Shown here one piece after another: positions 1-10,378 of a DNA stretch of 64,000 nt; within the stretch, counting starts at the first letter, position 1, and each line of letters begins with the position of its first letter. This stretch comes from Alphaproteobacteria bacterium (GTDB taxonomy: Bacteria; Pseudomonadota; Alphaproteobacteria; CAAHEQ01; UBA3637). The stretch spans positions 377-64,376 of the forward strand of contig JAZKXR010000003.1 of NCBI GenBank assembly GCA_045611705.1, in the 5' to 3' direction. A program made the position numbers and the translations under genes. Under the pieces are notes generated by a model. The model was not told the DNA's origin. It was given only the letters and a program-made list of their open reading frames with translations, and ran no database searches.

Positions 1-2201
1 ATTCCCATCATCATCTTATAGTGAGATATGTGGCCTTGTTTATCAAAGATTTCTTTAAAAACCTTTTTATATTTTATAATTTGCACATCATCCAAAGGGG
101 AATAAAACTCATCACCCAAACAGGAATGAGATCCATCATTTATCCATGAGCACAGAGCTTGACAAATAATTTTATCATCTCCATCAAACTTATTTTCTAA
201 GTCATCTATTGAAATATTGCCAAGTGTCTTAAAATAATTTTCCAAAATTCGTCTCATATTATTGGGTAAAGAAATAGGATTAGGATTATCATCCTTCACC
301 TCTTGCCATAATACTTGATATGATGTGCTTATCGGATTTTTTTCATAATTAGTTATAATTGACTTGTTGTCTCTCTTTTTAATAATCCAATATGTTTTTG
401 TTTTTAATCTATTAGTCTTTTTAGTAGAATTAATATTTTTTTCAAAGGAAACTTCTTTGTAAAAATAAATATTATGAGTTAAAATCAAAACTTGATTGAT
501 ATTATTATATTTACTGTCTCTATCTATTATAATGTTTCTAATTAAAGAACTTACAACAAATAAGACTTCGTTATCCAGACTAGAAATAGGATCATCGAAA
601 ACAATTACTCTGTTATTATTTGTATCTGTTCCAGTTAAACTTCCTTCTATTAAACTATAAAAATATAAAAAAGCTAAAAAATTCTTTTCTCCTTCGCTTA
701 AAGTATTGTTGACTTTTGTTCCATCACTCCTGATTAGTTCATAATCGTTTTTATCAACCACTTTCAGCCGAAAACCTTGAAACCCAAAAGAATTTAATAT
801 TATATTGATTTTATCACAAGTTGGTTGAATACTTGTTATCTTCTGTTCTAAATTCTGTAATTCTTTTTTTGTTTTTATTTGTATAGCTTCTTTTTCTCTT
901 ATTTGTCGTTCTATATTATCAATAGCTGCATGTATATTTTTGTTTTTTTCCAAAAAAGATTTTATATCTACTTTAGACTTATCTAATATAAATTTCCAAA
1001 CTTTTCCTGTTAAATCTTTTCGTTCTGCTTCAAGATTATCAACAACAATATTATGATTGTTAATTTTTTCATTTGCTAAAGTTATTAAATTATTTATCTC
1101 ATTCAATGTATCTATAGTAAAATCAAGATTAAAAATTCTTGATGGCTCATTGTTTTTGTTTTTTATCTTTTCTAGATTATTTTGTATAACCTTATTAAGC
1201 GATGTTACATATTTTTCTAATTGTAATTTATCAATGAAATCATCTTCACTATTTGATAATTCATTTAAATATCGTAATATACTGTCTCCATTCTGCATAT
1301 AGTCGTTATATAAGTCCCTAATTTTTTTCAAATCCATAGAATAATTATCATTAAAATATTCTTTCAATTTTTTTGAAAAATCATCATGAATTTTTTGTTG
1401 ACAGAAAGGACATTTTCCGTCTGATTTTTCGTAATATTGTATACCGTTATGAACCCATGCGCTGTTATCCAATTTTTTTATAAAATCAGAAATATCCACA
1501 TCCTCGCTACCTATTATTATTTTTTGCAAAATACTATTATTTTCCAAAGCACTAAGATTTTCCACCATAACAGGGGTTATTAAAGTCTTTTTTGAAATAT
1601 TTTGAGAAAATATTTGTTTATATTTTGAAGATAAACTTTCTTCCGAATTTAATGGAGATTGATTTGATGTATTTTCTTCTATTGTTTTATTTTTAAATGC
1701 TTTTTTACTACCAAGATATCCCTCAAAACATTTTTTAAATTTTTCTTTATAGGGTAACATATTTCCCCATAAGTTATTTTCAATATATTGTTGTAATGTA
1801 TTTAGTTCACTTCTTTTACCAGTAATTGTGTCGTTTCCATTTAAGGTGCAGCACAATTTTTTTAAATCAATATCTAATTGTTTTAGATTTTCCTTTTTTT
1901 CATTTATTTTTTTCAATATTTCAATATTTTCATTACCTAAAGTAAAAATTCCATGTAAAACATCCTTTTCGAATAGGTGCTCTTTTACAAAATCAGAGTT
2001 ATAAACTAAGATATCTTTTTTTTGATTGTCTTTCCAGTGAATTAAACATGATGGATACTTGCTAGGATCTTGTAATACTCTGCTGATTGTTGTTTTTCCA
2101 CTACCATTTGATCCATATATATAATTGACATCAGCTAAATTTGATAGCGTTTGTTTTTCCGTATAGGTAGCTATATTATTTATTTCAATTCTCTCAATCA
2201 T
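1..2201 (-). CDS. RloC-like AAA_13/Rad50-type ABC ATPase with zinc hook and C-terminal nuclease region (3' end just beyond the window)
   Basis: Absent from the ORF track; read manually from ATG at 2201 (AGGA RBS): MIERIEINNIATY..YIYGSNGSGKTT (Walker A), DGKCPFCQQ (zinc hook), TLSEGEKNFLAFLYF (ABC signature), VIVFDDPISSLD (Walker B), ILTHN, RRILENYF, WINDGSH, HYKMMMG at the window edge. Confidence 0.85.
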   Translation of the reverse strand, partial: MIERIEINNIATYTEKQTLSNLADVNYIYGSNGSGKTTISRVLQDPSKYPSCLIHWKDNQKKDILVYNSDFVKEHLFEKDVLHGIFTLGNENIEILKKINEKKENLKQLDIDLKKLCCTLNGNDTITGKRSELNTLQQYIENNLWGNMLPYKEKFKKCFEGYLGSKKAFKNKTIEENTSNQSPLNSEESLSSKYKQIFSQNISKKTLITPVMVENLSALENNSILQKIIIGSEDVDISDFIKKLDNSAWVHNGIQYYEKSDGKCPFCQQKIHDDFSKKLKEYFNDNYSMDLKKIRDLYNDYMQNGDSILRYLNELSNSEDDFIDKLQLEKYVTSLNKVIQNNLEKIKNKNNEPSRIFNLDFTIDTLNEINNLITLANEKINNHNIVVDNLEAERKDLTGKVWKFILDKSKVDIKSFLEKNKNIHAAIDNIERQIREKEAIQIKTKKELQNLEQKITSIQPTCDKINIILNSFGFQGFRLKVVDKNDYELIRSDGTKVNNTLSEGEKNFLAFLYFYSLIEGSLTGTDTNNNRVIVFDDPISSLDNEVLFVVSSLIRNIIIDRDSKYNNINQVLILTHNIYFYKEVSFEKNINSTKKTNRLKTKTYWIIKKRDNKSIITNYEKNPISTSYQVLWQEVKDDNPNPISLPNNMRRILENYFKTLGNISIDDLENKFDGDDKIICQALCSWINDGSHSCLGDEFYSPLDDVQIIKYKKVFKEIFDKQGHISHYKMMMG

Positions 2202-2259
2202 ATTAGTTCCTAGTTGATTATTGTTTGTTGTGTTTATAGTAATATGAACTTATATTGAG

Positions 2260-2309
2260 CATCTGTAGATCCCATCTAGCCATTCAGAACCTCTTGGATA
2301 TTCAGTCGT
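2260..2309 (-). pseudogene. Possible N-terminal remnant of a PHP-domain/TrlF-like AAA ATPase gene
   Basis: AGGAG RBS, then ACG (ATG-like)-T-E-Y-P-R-G-S-E-W, a frameshift, then R-W-D-L-Q; resembles the YPRGSEWxxWDLH N-terminus of PHP-ATPases. Confidence 0.4.
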
Positions 2310-2329
2310 TTTTAAGTCTCCTAGTTACA

Positions 2330-5300
2330 TTACTCTGATTTTGCTTGTTTACGTATTTCCTTAAACAATTGAGCAGCTAAAACACTCATCATAGCTTTAT
2401 ATTTGTTTTTATTTTCAAACAGCGAATTATAAGCTTCTACTTGTTCATCAAATCCGGCATTTGCTGCATCACTAAAGAATTTAGGGAATATTGAAGAAAT
2501 AAATATTTTTTCTTCATCATCTTTACTAGATTTTATCGCTTTTTGTAATTTTTTATCAGCCATTAATTTATCGTGGATAGAGTTATAAATAACTTTATCA
2601 GCATCTGTTAAATCAATACCAAATTGCTCATTAATTTTTTTGATTACTTCATTTAATGGGTCTAACAAATGAGGTTCAGGAACTTGACCGACGCTGCTAC
2701 CTACGGAACACTCACCTTGTCCTTCTGCAAGTGAAATTGATCCTTTAAATACTTCTTTTAATTTATAATATTCTAATTTAAGTTTGTTTTTAATATCAAC
2801 AATAGGATCAGCTTCTTCCGATAAGAACTTACTTAAAGCATTGGCATATATAACTTCTTTATGCAGTTTCTCATTAAATAAACGATTAATTTGTGAAATG
2901 TAATGATACCATTTTACAAGATTACGAAGATTACGACGGAAATCATATCTTTCAACTTCTTCTAATTTACTATATTTTTCAACAGAAGGTTCTAACATAC
3001 TCGCAATTTTACCCAAATCTTTATCAGATTGTTTTCCTTCGCAGTAATAAAACTTTGCAAATTCTTCAACATCCTTTTCATTATATATATTAGCTTGAGC
3101 AATTTTTGCTTGAACTTCAAATATCAAGTCCGTATTAATAGCTTCTTTTAAGAATGTTTCAGTATAAAAAGGTTCAAAAGCTGTTTTAATCTCTTCAGTT
3201 GTATTGATAAAATCAAGGATAAAGGTGTCTTTTTTTCCATGACATACACGATTTAGGCGAGATAGAGTTTGAACAGCCTTAACACCTTTTAATTTTTTAT
3301 CAACAATCATTGTGTGAAGCAAAGGTTCATCAAATCCTGTTTGATATTTTTCAGCAACAACCAATACATTAAAATCATCGTGGAAGTCGTTTTTTAATTG
3401 ATTTTCGCTAATATGCGTTCCATCTTTACGAACATTTAATTGTGGTTCTGTATATTCAACACCACCATCTTTCACCGTACCAGAAAAAGCAACAAGAACA
3501 TCAATGTTTTCATAATCTTTTGCATTTGGTCCTTGTTTCATATCATCTAAATAACGACGCATTTCTTGTAAATAACGAACAGCAGCTAATCGAGATGACG
3601 CTACAATCATCATTTTTCCTTTACCACCAATAGCTTTGCTAGTGATGTCTTTGAAGGTTTCAATAATAATTTGTACTTTAGATGATATATTATATGGATG
3701 CAAATCAGCATATTTTTTAATAATTCTAGCTGCTGTAATACCTTTAACATCCGGATTATCTTCAGTTTTGTTGGCAATAGCATAACAAGTTTTATATGTC
3801 ATATAATTTTGTAAAACATCCATAATAAATCCTTCTTCAATAGCTTGTCGCATTGAATAGATATGGAATGGATGAAATTGGCCATTGCTGTCTTCAGAAC
3901 CAAAAATTTCTAATGTTTTTGGTTTTGGAGTAGCTGTAAAAGCAAAATATGATAAGTTTTTGTGCTTACCGTGTTTAAGCAATTCTTTTAATACAGGATC
4001 ATCTCTATCAATTTCTTCTTCAGATTTTTCCTCTAACTCTGCATATTGTTTGAGTGCTTCTTCTTCATCCGCTAAAGCAACTTTTAATTTTGCTGCAGCG
4101 GTTCCTGTTTGGCTTGAATGCGCTTCATCGCAAATAATTGCAAAATTTTTACCTTTTGCTTTTTCAATTTCATTGTATATAACAGGGAACTTTTGAAGAG
4201 TTGTAACAATAATTCTAGCCCCATTGTTTATTGCATCTTTTAGATCTTTTGCATGTTTATCTTTATCAATGTTTTCAATAAAGCCAGGAAGATGGTCCAT
4301 TCCATCAACAGTTGCTTGTAATTGTTGATCTAATACTCTACGGTCAGTTACAATAATCACGCTTTTAAACAAAGGCTCATTATTCTTTTTAAATATAGTG
4401 GCTAATCGATAAGCAGTCCAAGAAATAGAGTTGGATTTGCCTGAACCTGCACTGTGTTCAATCAAATAGCTCTTACCGGAACCATTTTGAGAAACATCTG
4501 CAATTAATTTTCTAACAACATCTAATTGATGATAACGAGGGAATATAAGCGTTTTCTTGGTAGTCTTTTTCCCTTTTTTATTTTCTTCTTTAATCTCTAA
4601 ATTGATATATTTTTGTAAAATATCCATCATAGATTCGCGTTGGAACACTTCTTCCCATAAGTAGCTTGTCATATATCCGTCAGGATTTGCTGGATTTCCT
4701 GCGCCACCGTCTTTTCCTGCTCCGTTAGAACCTTGGTTAAAAGGTAAGAAGAATGTATCTTCTTTGTTTAATTTTGTAGCCATAGATGCTTGACGCAAAT
4801 CAACACAGAAGAATGCCAAAATACGCGAATTAAACTTAAAACATAATTCTCTAGGATCCCGATCGTGACACCATTGATATTCAGCATTACGAATATCTTG
4901 TCCTGTGAGCTGATTTTTAAGTTCAAAAGCAAACAGTGGGATACCATTTAACGCAAGAACCATATCAACAGATTTACTATTTTTAGAAGAAAAGAACCAT
5001 TGGCGATAGCAATGCCAAATGTTATTGTTATAAAGCGCTACGTCGTCTTCATTTAGAGTGGATTCTGGTCTGAAATAACAAGCCTTAAAGTCAATACCTC
5101 CACATTTAAAGCCTTTTCTCATAACCTTTAAAATGCCATCACGTTCTACAGCATCATTAAAAAAGTTAATAAACTTCTTTTCTGTGTTTGTACCATAGTT
5201 AAACTCAAACTTTTTCCATGTTTTAGGTTGAGTTTTCTTAATAAACTCAATAAACGTATCCTTAAACAAGCCACATTCTGGGACGTATGTTGCATCACCC

Positions 5301-5383
5301 TTGGTATAACCTCCTGCACAGGATGTTAAAAAGCTTTCAATATCGGCTTCAAAATTCTTTTCTTTAGTTTCTGTTATTGCCAT
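2330..5383 (-). CDS. hsdR: Type I restriction enzyme R subunit
   Basis: 1017 aa; D-x-ELK nuclease motif (VDMVLALNGIPLFAFELKN), HSAGSGKS Walker A, DEAH, FTATP, QTLSRLNR. Confidence 0.95.
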   Translation of the reverse strand: MAITETKEKNFEADIESFLTSCAGGYTKGDATYVPECGLFKDTFIEFIKKTQPKTWKKFEFNYGTNTEKKFINFFNDAVERDGILKVMRKGFKCGGIDFKACYFRPESTLNEDDVALYNNNIWHCYRQWFFSSKNSKSVDMVLALNGIPLFAFELKNQLTGQDIRNAEYQWCHDRDPRELCFKFNSRILAFFCVDLRQASMATKLNKEDTFFLPFNQGSNGAGKDGGAGNPANPDGYMTSYLWEEVFQRESMMDILQKYINLEIKEENKKGKKTTKKTLIFPRYHQLDVVRKLIADVSQNGSGKSYLIEHSAGSGKSNSISWTAYRLATIFKKNNEPLFKSVIIVTDRRVLDQQLQATVDGMDHLPGFIENIDKDKHAKDLKDAINNGARIIVTTLQKFPVIYNEIEKAKGKNFAIICDEAHSSQTGTAAAKLKVALADEEEALKQYAELEEKSEEEIDRDDPVLKELLKHGKHKNLSYFAFTATPKPKTLEIFGSEDSNGQFHPFHIYSMRQAIEEGFIMDVLQNYMTYKTCYAIANKTEDNPDVKGITAARIIKKYADLHPYNISSKVQIIIETFKDITSKAIGGKGKMMIVASSRLAAVRYLQEMRRYLDDMKQGPNAKDYENIDVLVAFSGTVKDGGVEYTEPQLNVRKDGTHISENQLKNDFHDDFNVLVVAEKYQTGFDEPLLHTMIVDKKLKGVKAVQTLSRLNRVCHGKKDTFILDFINTTEEIKTAFEPFYTETFLKEAINTDLIFEVQAKIAQANIYNEKDVEEFAKFYYCEGKQSDKDLGKIASMLEPSVEKYSKLEEVERYDFRRNLRNLVKWYHYISQINRLFNEKLHKEVIYANALSKFLSEEADPIVDIKNKLKLEYYKLKEVFKGSISLAEGQGECSVGSSVGQVPEPHLLDPLNEVIKKINEQFGIDLTDADKVIYNSIHDKLMADKKLQKAIKSSKDDEEKIFISSIFPKFFSDAANAGFDEQVEAYNSLFENKNKYKAMMSVLAAQLFKEIRKQAKSE

Positions 5384-5393
5384 GATACATCTC

Positions 5394-5840
5394 CTAATCT
5401 TTCAAACCTAATTCTTTGCGGATTTGTTCCTTAAAATCTAAAATTTTTTTGCGATTTTTATCTGATGTTTTTTCCCAATGTTTTTTATAGCTATTGGCAC
5501 TTTCCATAATCTCACCAAATAGGGAATAAAACTTCTCTCTGATATTGACCGCCGCCCATATAGTCTTTGGTTCAATTGCATTAAAAGCATCTCTTGTTTC
5601 TTCACTAATATATTTTTTACTTTTATATGTACGGGCATCTTTTTCATATCGCATCACAAAATCATACATTTCCACATACAATTCTTCACGTTTATCACGC
5701 AAATGAAGTCTATCAGCACGTTTGTTGGCAAAATAGTTTTGAAACAGATTCAATAACCAGCCGATAACAACGCCAAGCAAGGTAAATGTGCCGCCAATTA
5801 TAACTTTATGATTTTCTTGATAAAATGCATCCCAATTCAT
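5394..5840 (-). CDS. Small protein with an N-terminal TM helix; paralog of 5843-6193
   Basis: Hydrophobic VIIGGTFTLLGVVIGWLL; HLRDKREELY and EQIRKELGLKD shared with the neighbouring gene; tightly coupled in the hsd operon. Confidence 0.75.
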   Translation of the reverse strand: MNWDAFYQENHKVIIGGTFTLLGVVIGWLLNLFQNYFANKRADRLHLRDKREELYVEMYDFVMRYEKDARTYKSKKYISEETRDAFNAIEPKTIWAAVNIREKFYSLFGEIMESANSYKKHWEKTSDKNRKKILDFKEQIRKELGLKD

Positions 5841-5842
5841 TT

Positions 5843-6193
5843 TTAGTCCTTTACTCCTAATTCTTTGCGCATCTGTTCAATTAAATTTTTTTCTTTTCCT
5901 TTGCCTTTTGCAGCTGAATCAAATAATGATTTAACCTTATTGCTGGCATATATATTGATTATAGGATAAAATTTGGATATAAGTTGCGGACTGTTTTTAA
6001 GGAAATCAGGCTCTTTCCTATGATTTTCTTGTGCCATTTCATAAGATGTCCGTAAAATACTTTGATAAGTTTCTTCTCTTTTTTCTCTTAAATGAACTTT
6101 TTGCTCTCCAACTGACTTGCGCCACTCAGTAAACCAAGAAACGCCACCGGTTGAAATTGCACCAACGATTACGCCTATAAGTGTATCATTCAT
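5843..6193 (-). CDS. Small protein with an N-terminal TM helix; paralog of 5394-5840
   Basis: LIGVIVGAISTGGVSWF; HLREKREETY and EQMRKELGVKD; TAATG overlap with the upstream PIN gene. Confidence 0.75.
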   Translation of the reverse strand: MNDTLIGVIVGAISTGGVSWFTEWRKSVGEQKVHLREKREETYQSILRTSYEMAQENHRKEPDFLKNSPQLISKFYPIINIYASNKVKSLFDSAAKGKGKEKNLIEQMRKELGVKD

Positions 6194-7320
6194 TATCTTA
6201 TGTCCTCCGGTTCTTTTTCTAAGTATTCATCTCCCTGATAGTCTCCAGAAAAATCAGGTCCCAATGAAATTGAATGATTAAATGTATAATCTTTATAATC
6301 GACTGATGCTACCTCACTATTTTCCAATGCCTCTTCATCTAATTTTATAGATATAATCAGATTGGTATTAAACTCTAATTCATCATTAAATACATTGTTC
6401 CCAATGACTATATCATCCCCTTCATCTGTAAGATAAAAAGAATATCCACTTTCTATAGTAAAATTAAGTTCTGCAGGAATAGAAAAAGATACTATTTTCT
6501 CTTCTTCATTATAATCAATGATTTCTATAGCGTTAGCATCTGGAAAGTAAACGTCTAGAAAATCAAATTCGAGATAATCTTCATTATATTTACAAGAACT
6601 TATAACATCTATATTTATTGATAGACGATCACTAGAATTCATTATTTCTTCATTAATGCGATTCATAAGATATTCATATTTAGCATAATCTGAAAATATG
6701 TCTTTTAAGAGTTGTAATATAAAATTTTCACTTTTATACAATGAAGATAGCGCTTCTTTTATTGTTTTAACACAAATTAAATTATCATTATTATGGCAAT
6801 ATGCTTGCCAATCCTTATCGCAAGAAATAACCAATACTTTCTTATTCTTTTCTGTTGCCCAGTTTTCAAGGGATTGAAGAGCTAATGCATCGGGAAATTC
6901 ATCTTTTTTCTTTTCAGAAAAAGGAGGTTTTTTATTGAAATATTGTTTGATAATTTTTTGTATGTCGATGTTTTGTGCAGGAATAACTTGTAATCCTGTT
7001 TTATTGGCATATTCTTCCAATCTTGTCCTAACTAAATCTCTTTCATCCCAAGTTTTAATCGTTTTAATTTTTTCTTCTGTTATATCTTTGTCAATTCTAT
7101 AAAATAATCCATTTTTTAGTGCTTTGTTATAATTGGAAATAGCACTTTTAGTCTTTTCTTCCATATGAGAAATTGTTTCTCTTAATACAATATCTGATAC
7201 AATAAATTTAATATCAGGAGTTCTAGAAAACTGCTGAAACTTAGCCAGTAGACCATTTTCTAAATTAAAGTTTTCCCCTTCAAAGATACTGGTATCTATG
7301 GTAATTGCATCAAAATCCAT
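6193..7320 (-). CDS. PIN-domain protein (DUF4935-like)
   Basis: ITIDTSIF, IVLRET, KKPPFSEKKKDEFPDALAL, VISCDKDW acidic PIN tetrad pattern; TAATG overlap with hsdS. Confidence 0.8.
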   Translation of the reverse strand: MDFDAITIDTSIFEGENFNLENGLLAKFQQFSRTPDIKFIVSDIVLRETISHMEEKTKSAISNYNKALKNGLFYRIDKDITEEKIKTIKTWDERDLVRTRLEEYANKTGLQVIPAQNIDIQKIIKQYFNKKPPFSEKKKDEFPDALALQSLENWATEKNKKVLVISCDKDWQAYCHNNDNLICVKTIKEALSSLYKSENFILQLLKDIFSDYAKYEYLMNRINEEIMNSSDRLSINIDVISSCKYNEDYLEFDFLDVYFPDANAIEIIDYNEEEKIVSFSIPAELNFTIESGYSFYLTDEGDDIVIGNNVFNDELEFNTNLIISIKLDEEALENSEVASVDYKDYTFNHSISLGPDFSGDYQGDEYLEKEPEDIR

Positions 7321-8618
7321 TATGCAACCTCCTTTTTGCCAGTTACATATTCATAGATTAAAGACTTTTTGTAGTTTGCCAATTCAGTTAAGAAGTTTTG
7401 CTTTTTCTCGATTAACACATCAATTTCAGAGCATTTTTCATCAAGATATTGTGCAATTTCTCGTTGTTCATCAAGTGGAGGTAAGGTTATTTTTAATTGT
7501 TCTAACACTCTCATTCCTATATTTTGCTGTGTTCCAAAGCTCCAATTATCCTCCAATTGTTTTTGGTATTTTTGAGATTGAACAAAATAAAATAAAAACT
7601 TGTAAAACAATATCGAAGGATTAACCCTAAATACAGCTAATGGAGACCAGATAGTAAATTTTTCTTCAGTATCAACTATGGAAACCCTGCCTGTAGTTGC
7701 CCCAGACTTAATCATTAACAAGTCATTTAACTTTGGAATATATTTCAAGCAGCATTCTTGATAAAATTCTTCAGAAATATAACCGCGTGCATGAGAGAAA
7801 TCAATGGTCCCTTTTCCGAACGACACAGCCTCTGCAGATATAAAAGGAATTCCTGCGTCAAATAGTTGTGGTGTTGTGTGTGGACCATCTGTAATTGGCA
7901 TAGATAAACAATGTAATGTTTTTCTAATCTCCCAATCCTCTGGAATTTCACCAATCCACTCAATATTACTGTCTTTCATAGCACGGTTTGGACGAATACC
8001 TTTGGTTACTGCTTCGGTGATAACGGATTGCTTGAGTTTTTTGTATTCTTCGATAGATTGTTCGGTTTTTCTGATAATTTCATCAATTGCCCCACATTTT
8101 TCATCTAAAAACATTGCAATCTTATTTTGCTCCGCTAACGAAGGAGATGGTAATTTGATATTGAACAGAGTATCATTGCCAAGCGTCCACCTATTATCAA
8201 AAGAAACACCTTTACCAAGTGAAAACAGAGCAAAACTCCAATACATGGTCTTAAAAAAATAGTCATAATAAACAGAATTATATCCTGTCTTATTTCGTAA
8301 ATTAACATAAGCAGGACTGATAACCCCCTCAACTTTTGAAATACTACAATTTGCACCACTGTATAAATCCATAGGATTTAATAATAAATCACCGATAGCA
8401 ACCGGATTATAATTATAATAACTAGCAGCTAATTGCCCCTCATTAGAGCTAATATCTCTTACTTTCACTCCTGATCTTGCTAAAGATAAAACAACAGGAT
8501 CTTCTTGTTCCGCTTTTGCATCCTTTTTTGTAAATATATATTTTACACGTTTTGTACTCCAAGTTTCAGGAATTTCACCGATCCACTCAATACCGCTGTC
8601 TTTCATTGTTCTGGACAT
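7320..8618 (-). CDS. hsdS: Type I R-M specificity subunit
   Basis: Two conserved repeats MKDS(G/N)IEWIGEIPE flanking two TRDs; LP(S)PxxEQ..I coiled-coil spacers. Confidence 0.95.
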   Translation of the reverse strand: MSRTMKDSGIEWIGEIPETWSTKRVKYIFTKKDAKAEQEDPVVLSLARSGVKVRDISSNEGQLAASYYNYNPVAIGDLLLNPMDLYSGANCSISKVEGVISPAYVNLRNKTGYNSVYYDYFFKTMYWSFALFSLGKGVSFDNRWTLGNDTLFNIKLPSPSLAEQNKIAMFLDEKCGAIDEIIRKTEQSIEEYKKLKQSVITEAVTKGIRPNRAMKDSNIEWIGEIPEDWEIRKTLHCLSMPITDGPHTTPQLFDAGIPFISAEAVSFGKGTIDFSHARGYISEEFYQECCLKYIPKLNDLLMIKSGATTGRVSIVDTEEKFTIWSPLAVFRVNPSILFYKFLFYFVQSQKYQKQLEDNWSFGTQQNIGMRVLEQLKITLPPLDEQREIAQYLDEKCSEIDVLIEKKQNFLTELANYKKSLIYEYVTGKKEVA

Positions 8619-8620
8619 TA

Positions 8621-10378
8621 TTATTCTCCTTTTGGAAACAAGCGGTTTAATGAGCTTGTTATATCAGTTTCGAGTGTATTTAGACGATTTATAATATCAG
8701 ATGTCTTTTCTGGTGCTTGGTATTTGTAGAAATAACGTGTCATTGGTATTTCATAACCAATTTTGGTTTTATTTGCATCAACCCAAGTTTCTGGTGCATA
8801 AGGTTTAACTTCGCGTTCAAAATAATCATTGATATCTTCATTCATTGGTACATTTTCAGTATCTCGTAAACTTGCATCAGCAACGGGTTTACCTTTTTTA
8901 AGGATAATGTTGCCATTTTCATCTTTTTGAGGCTGTTCTACAACGATCTTTTGATAACCAAAGTCAAAGGCGCTAAAAATCTTGCTTTCGCAATAAATAC
9001 CATTTTCATCACCATAAATTTTATCATTTTTGAACTCACCAAAGGCAGTTACAATGATTTTGCGACATTTATTGGTAATATCGTTGCGTTTGTTACCGAT
9101 GGATTTACGGCGAGGTTCAAAGCAATGGCTAGCATCTATTAGTTGAACTTTACCTTGCTTATGTGCAGGTTTATTTTTGTTTAACACCCAAACGTATGTT
9201 GCAATACCAGTGTTCATAAACTGGTCATTAGAAAGTTGAACAATGGCTTCTAACCAATCATTTTCTAGAATATAACGACGAATTTCAGAAGGTCCGGAAC
9301 CTGCATCTCCGCTAAATAATGGAGAACCATTTTGAATGATGGCCATTCTACCATCTTCTGCCATTTTAGCTAAACCATTCATCATAAATAGTTGTTGTCC
9401 ATCGGAAATCTTTGGAAGTCCGGGTTCAAAGCGTCCATCTTTACCTAAAGCATGTTCAGCTTCAACAGCTTTTTGTTCTTTCTTCCAATCAATACCAAAA
9501 GGAGGGTTAGAGATGATATATTTAAACTTAAAACCCTTAAATTTATCATCCGAAAGTGTATCACCATAACGCATATTGTCTGCTTCCCCACCGCGGATAA
9601 GCATATCGGCTTTTGCGATAGCGAATGTAGAGGGATTAAACTCTTGACCAAAACAAGTTACAATAGCTTCGGAATTTAACTGTTTAATGCGTTCTTCCAT
9701 ACAAGATAACATCTGGCTTGTACCCATTGTCATATCATAAACAGAAATATGTTCATCACGAAGATTTGCATCTGTTAACAAAAGATCTGTCATTAAATAG
9801 ATAATATCACGACTAGTAAAGTGAGCTCCGGCTTCTTCTCCATAAGATTCAGAAAAACGACGAACTAAATCCTCAAAAATATAGCCACAGTCCACAGCAC
9901 TAATTTTATCAGGACCAAGATAACCGTTGTTTGTATTAAATTCTTTAATAACCCAATAAAGTGTATCAGATTCAACCAAACGTTTGATAATATTTTCAAA
10001 TTCAAATTTGGCTAATACATCTTGAACATTCTGTGAGAAACCATTTAAGTAGTTTTCAAAGTTAGACTTAATATGGTCAGGATCTGCTAACAATTTCTCA
10101 AAAGTAAATTTACTGGTATTATAAAATTGATGATGACTGGCTTTACACATAAAACCGTCAATTACTTCAAAATGCTTTACTTTTTCATATTTTTCTTGGA
10201 TTTTATCATAGTAAGGCAACAAACAATCGTGAAAGCGTTTCACAACAGTCATTGGTAGGATAACCAATCCATATTCGTGTGGTTTAAATGGACCTGCTAA
10301 ATGATTTGCAATATTCCAAATAACTGTAGCTTTTTCTTGTAAGTTTTTACCAACTTGTTTAAATGCTTCGTTTGCCAT
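8621..10378 (-). CDS. hsdM: Type I R-M N6-adenine methyltransferase
   Basis: GAHFTSRDII, VYDMTMGTSQML (motif I), ISNPPF (motif IV). Confidence 0.95.
   Translation of the reverse strand: MANEAFKQVGKNLQEKATVIWNIANHLAGPFKPHEYGLVILPMTVVKRFHDCLLPYYDKIQEKYEKVKHFEVIDGFMCKASHHQFYNTSKFTFEKLLADPDHIKSNFENYLNGFSQNVQDVLAKFEFENIIKRLVESDTLYWVIKEFNTNNGYLGPDKISAVDCGYIFEDLVRRFSESYGEEAGAHFTSRDIIYLMTDLLLTDANLRDEHISVYDMTMGTSQMLSCMEERIKQLNSEAIVTCFGQEFNPSTFAIAKADMLIRGGEADNMRYGDTLSDDKFKGFKFKYIISNPPFGIDWKKEQKAVEAEHALGKDGRFEPGLPKISDGQQLFMMNGLAKMAEDGRMAIIQNGSPLFSGDAGSGPSEIRRYILENDWLEAIVQLSNDQFMNTGIATYVWVLNKNKPAHKQGKVQLIDASHCFEPRRKSIGNKRNDITNKCRKIIVTAFGEFKNDKIYGDENGIYCESKIFSAFDFGYQKIVVEQPQKDENGNIILKKGKPVADASLRDTENVPMNEDINDYFEREVKPYAPETWVDANKTKIGYEIPMTRYFYKYQAPEKTSDIINRLNTLETDITSSLNRLFPKGE

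Noticed and set aside
1057-9679. Plus-strand ORFs such as 1057-1302, 3885-4196, 7804-8262 and 9336-9569 (and similar shadow ORFs across the window)
   Set aside because: Antisense or alternative-frame shadows of well-supported genes, with no RBS or motifs.
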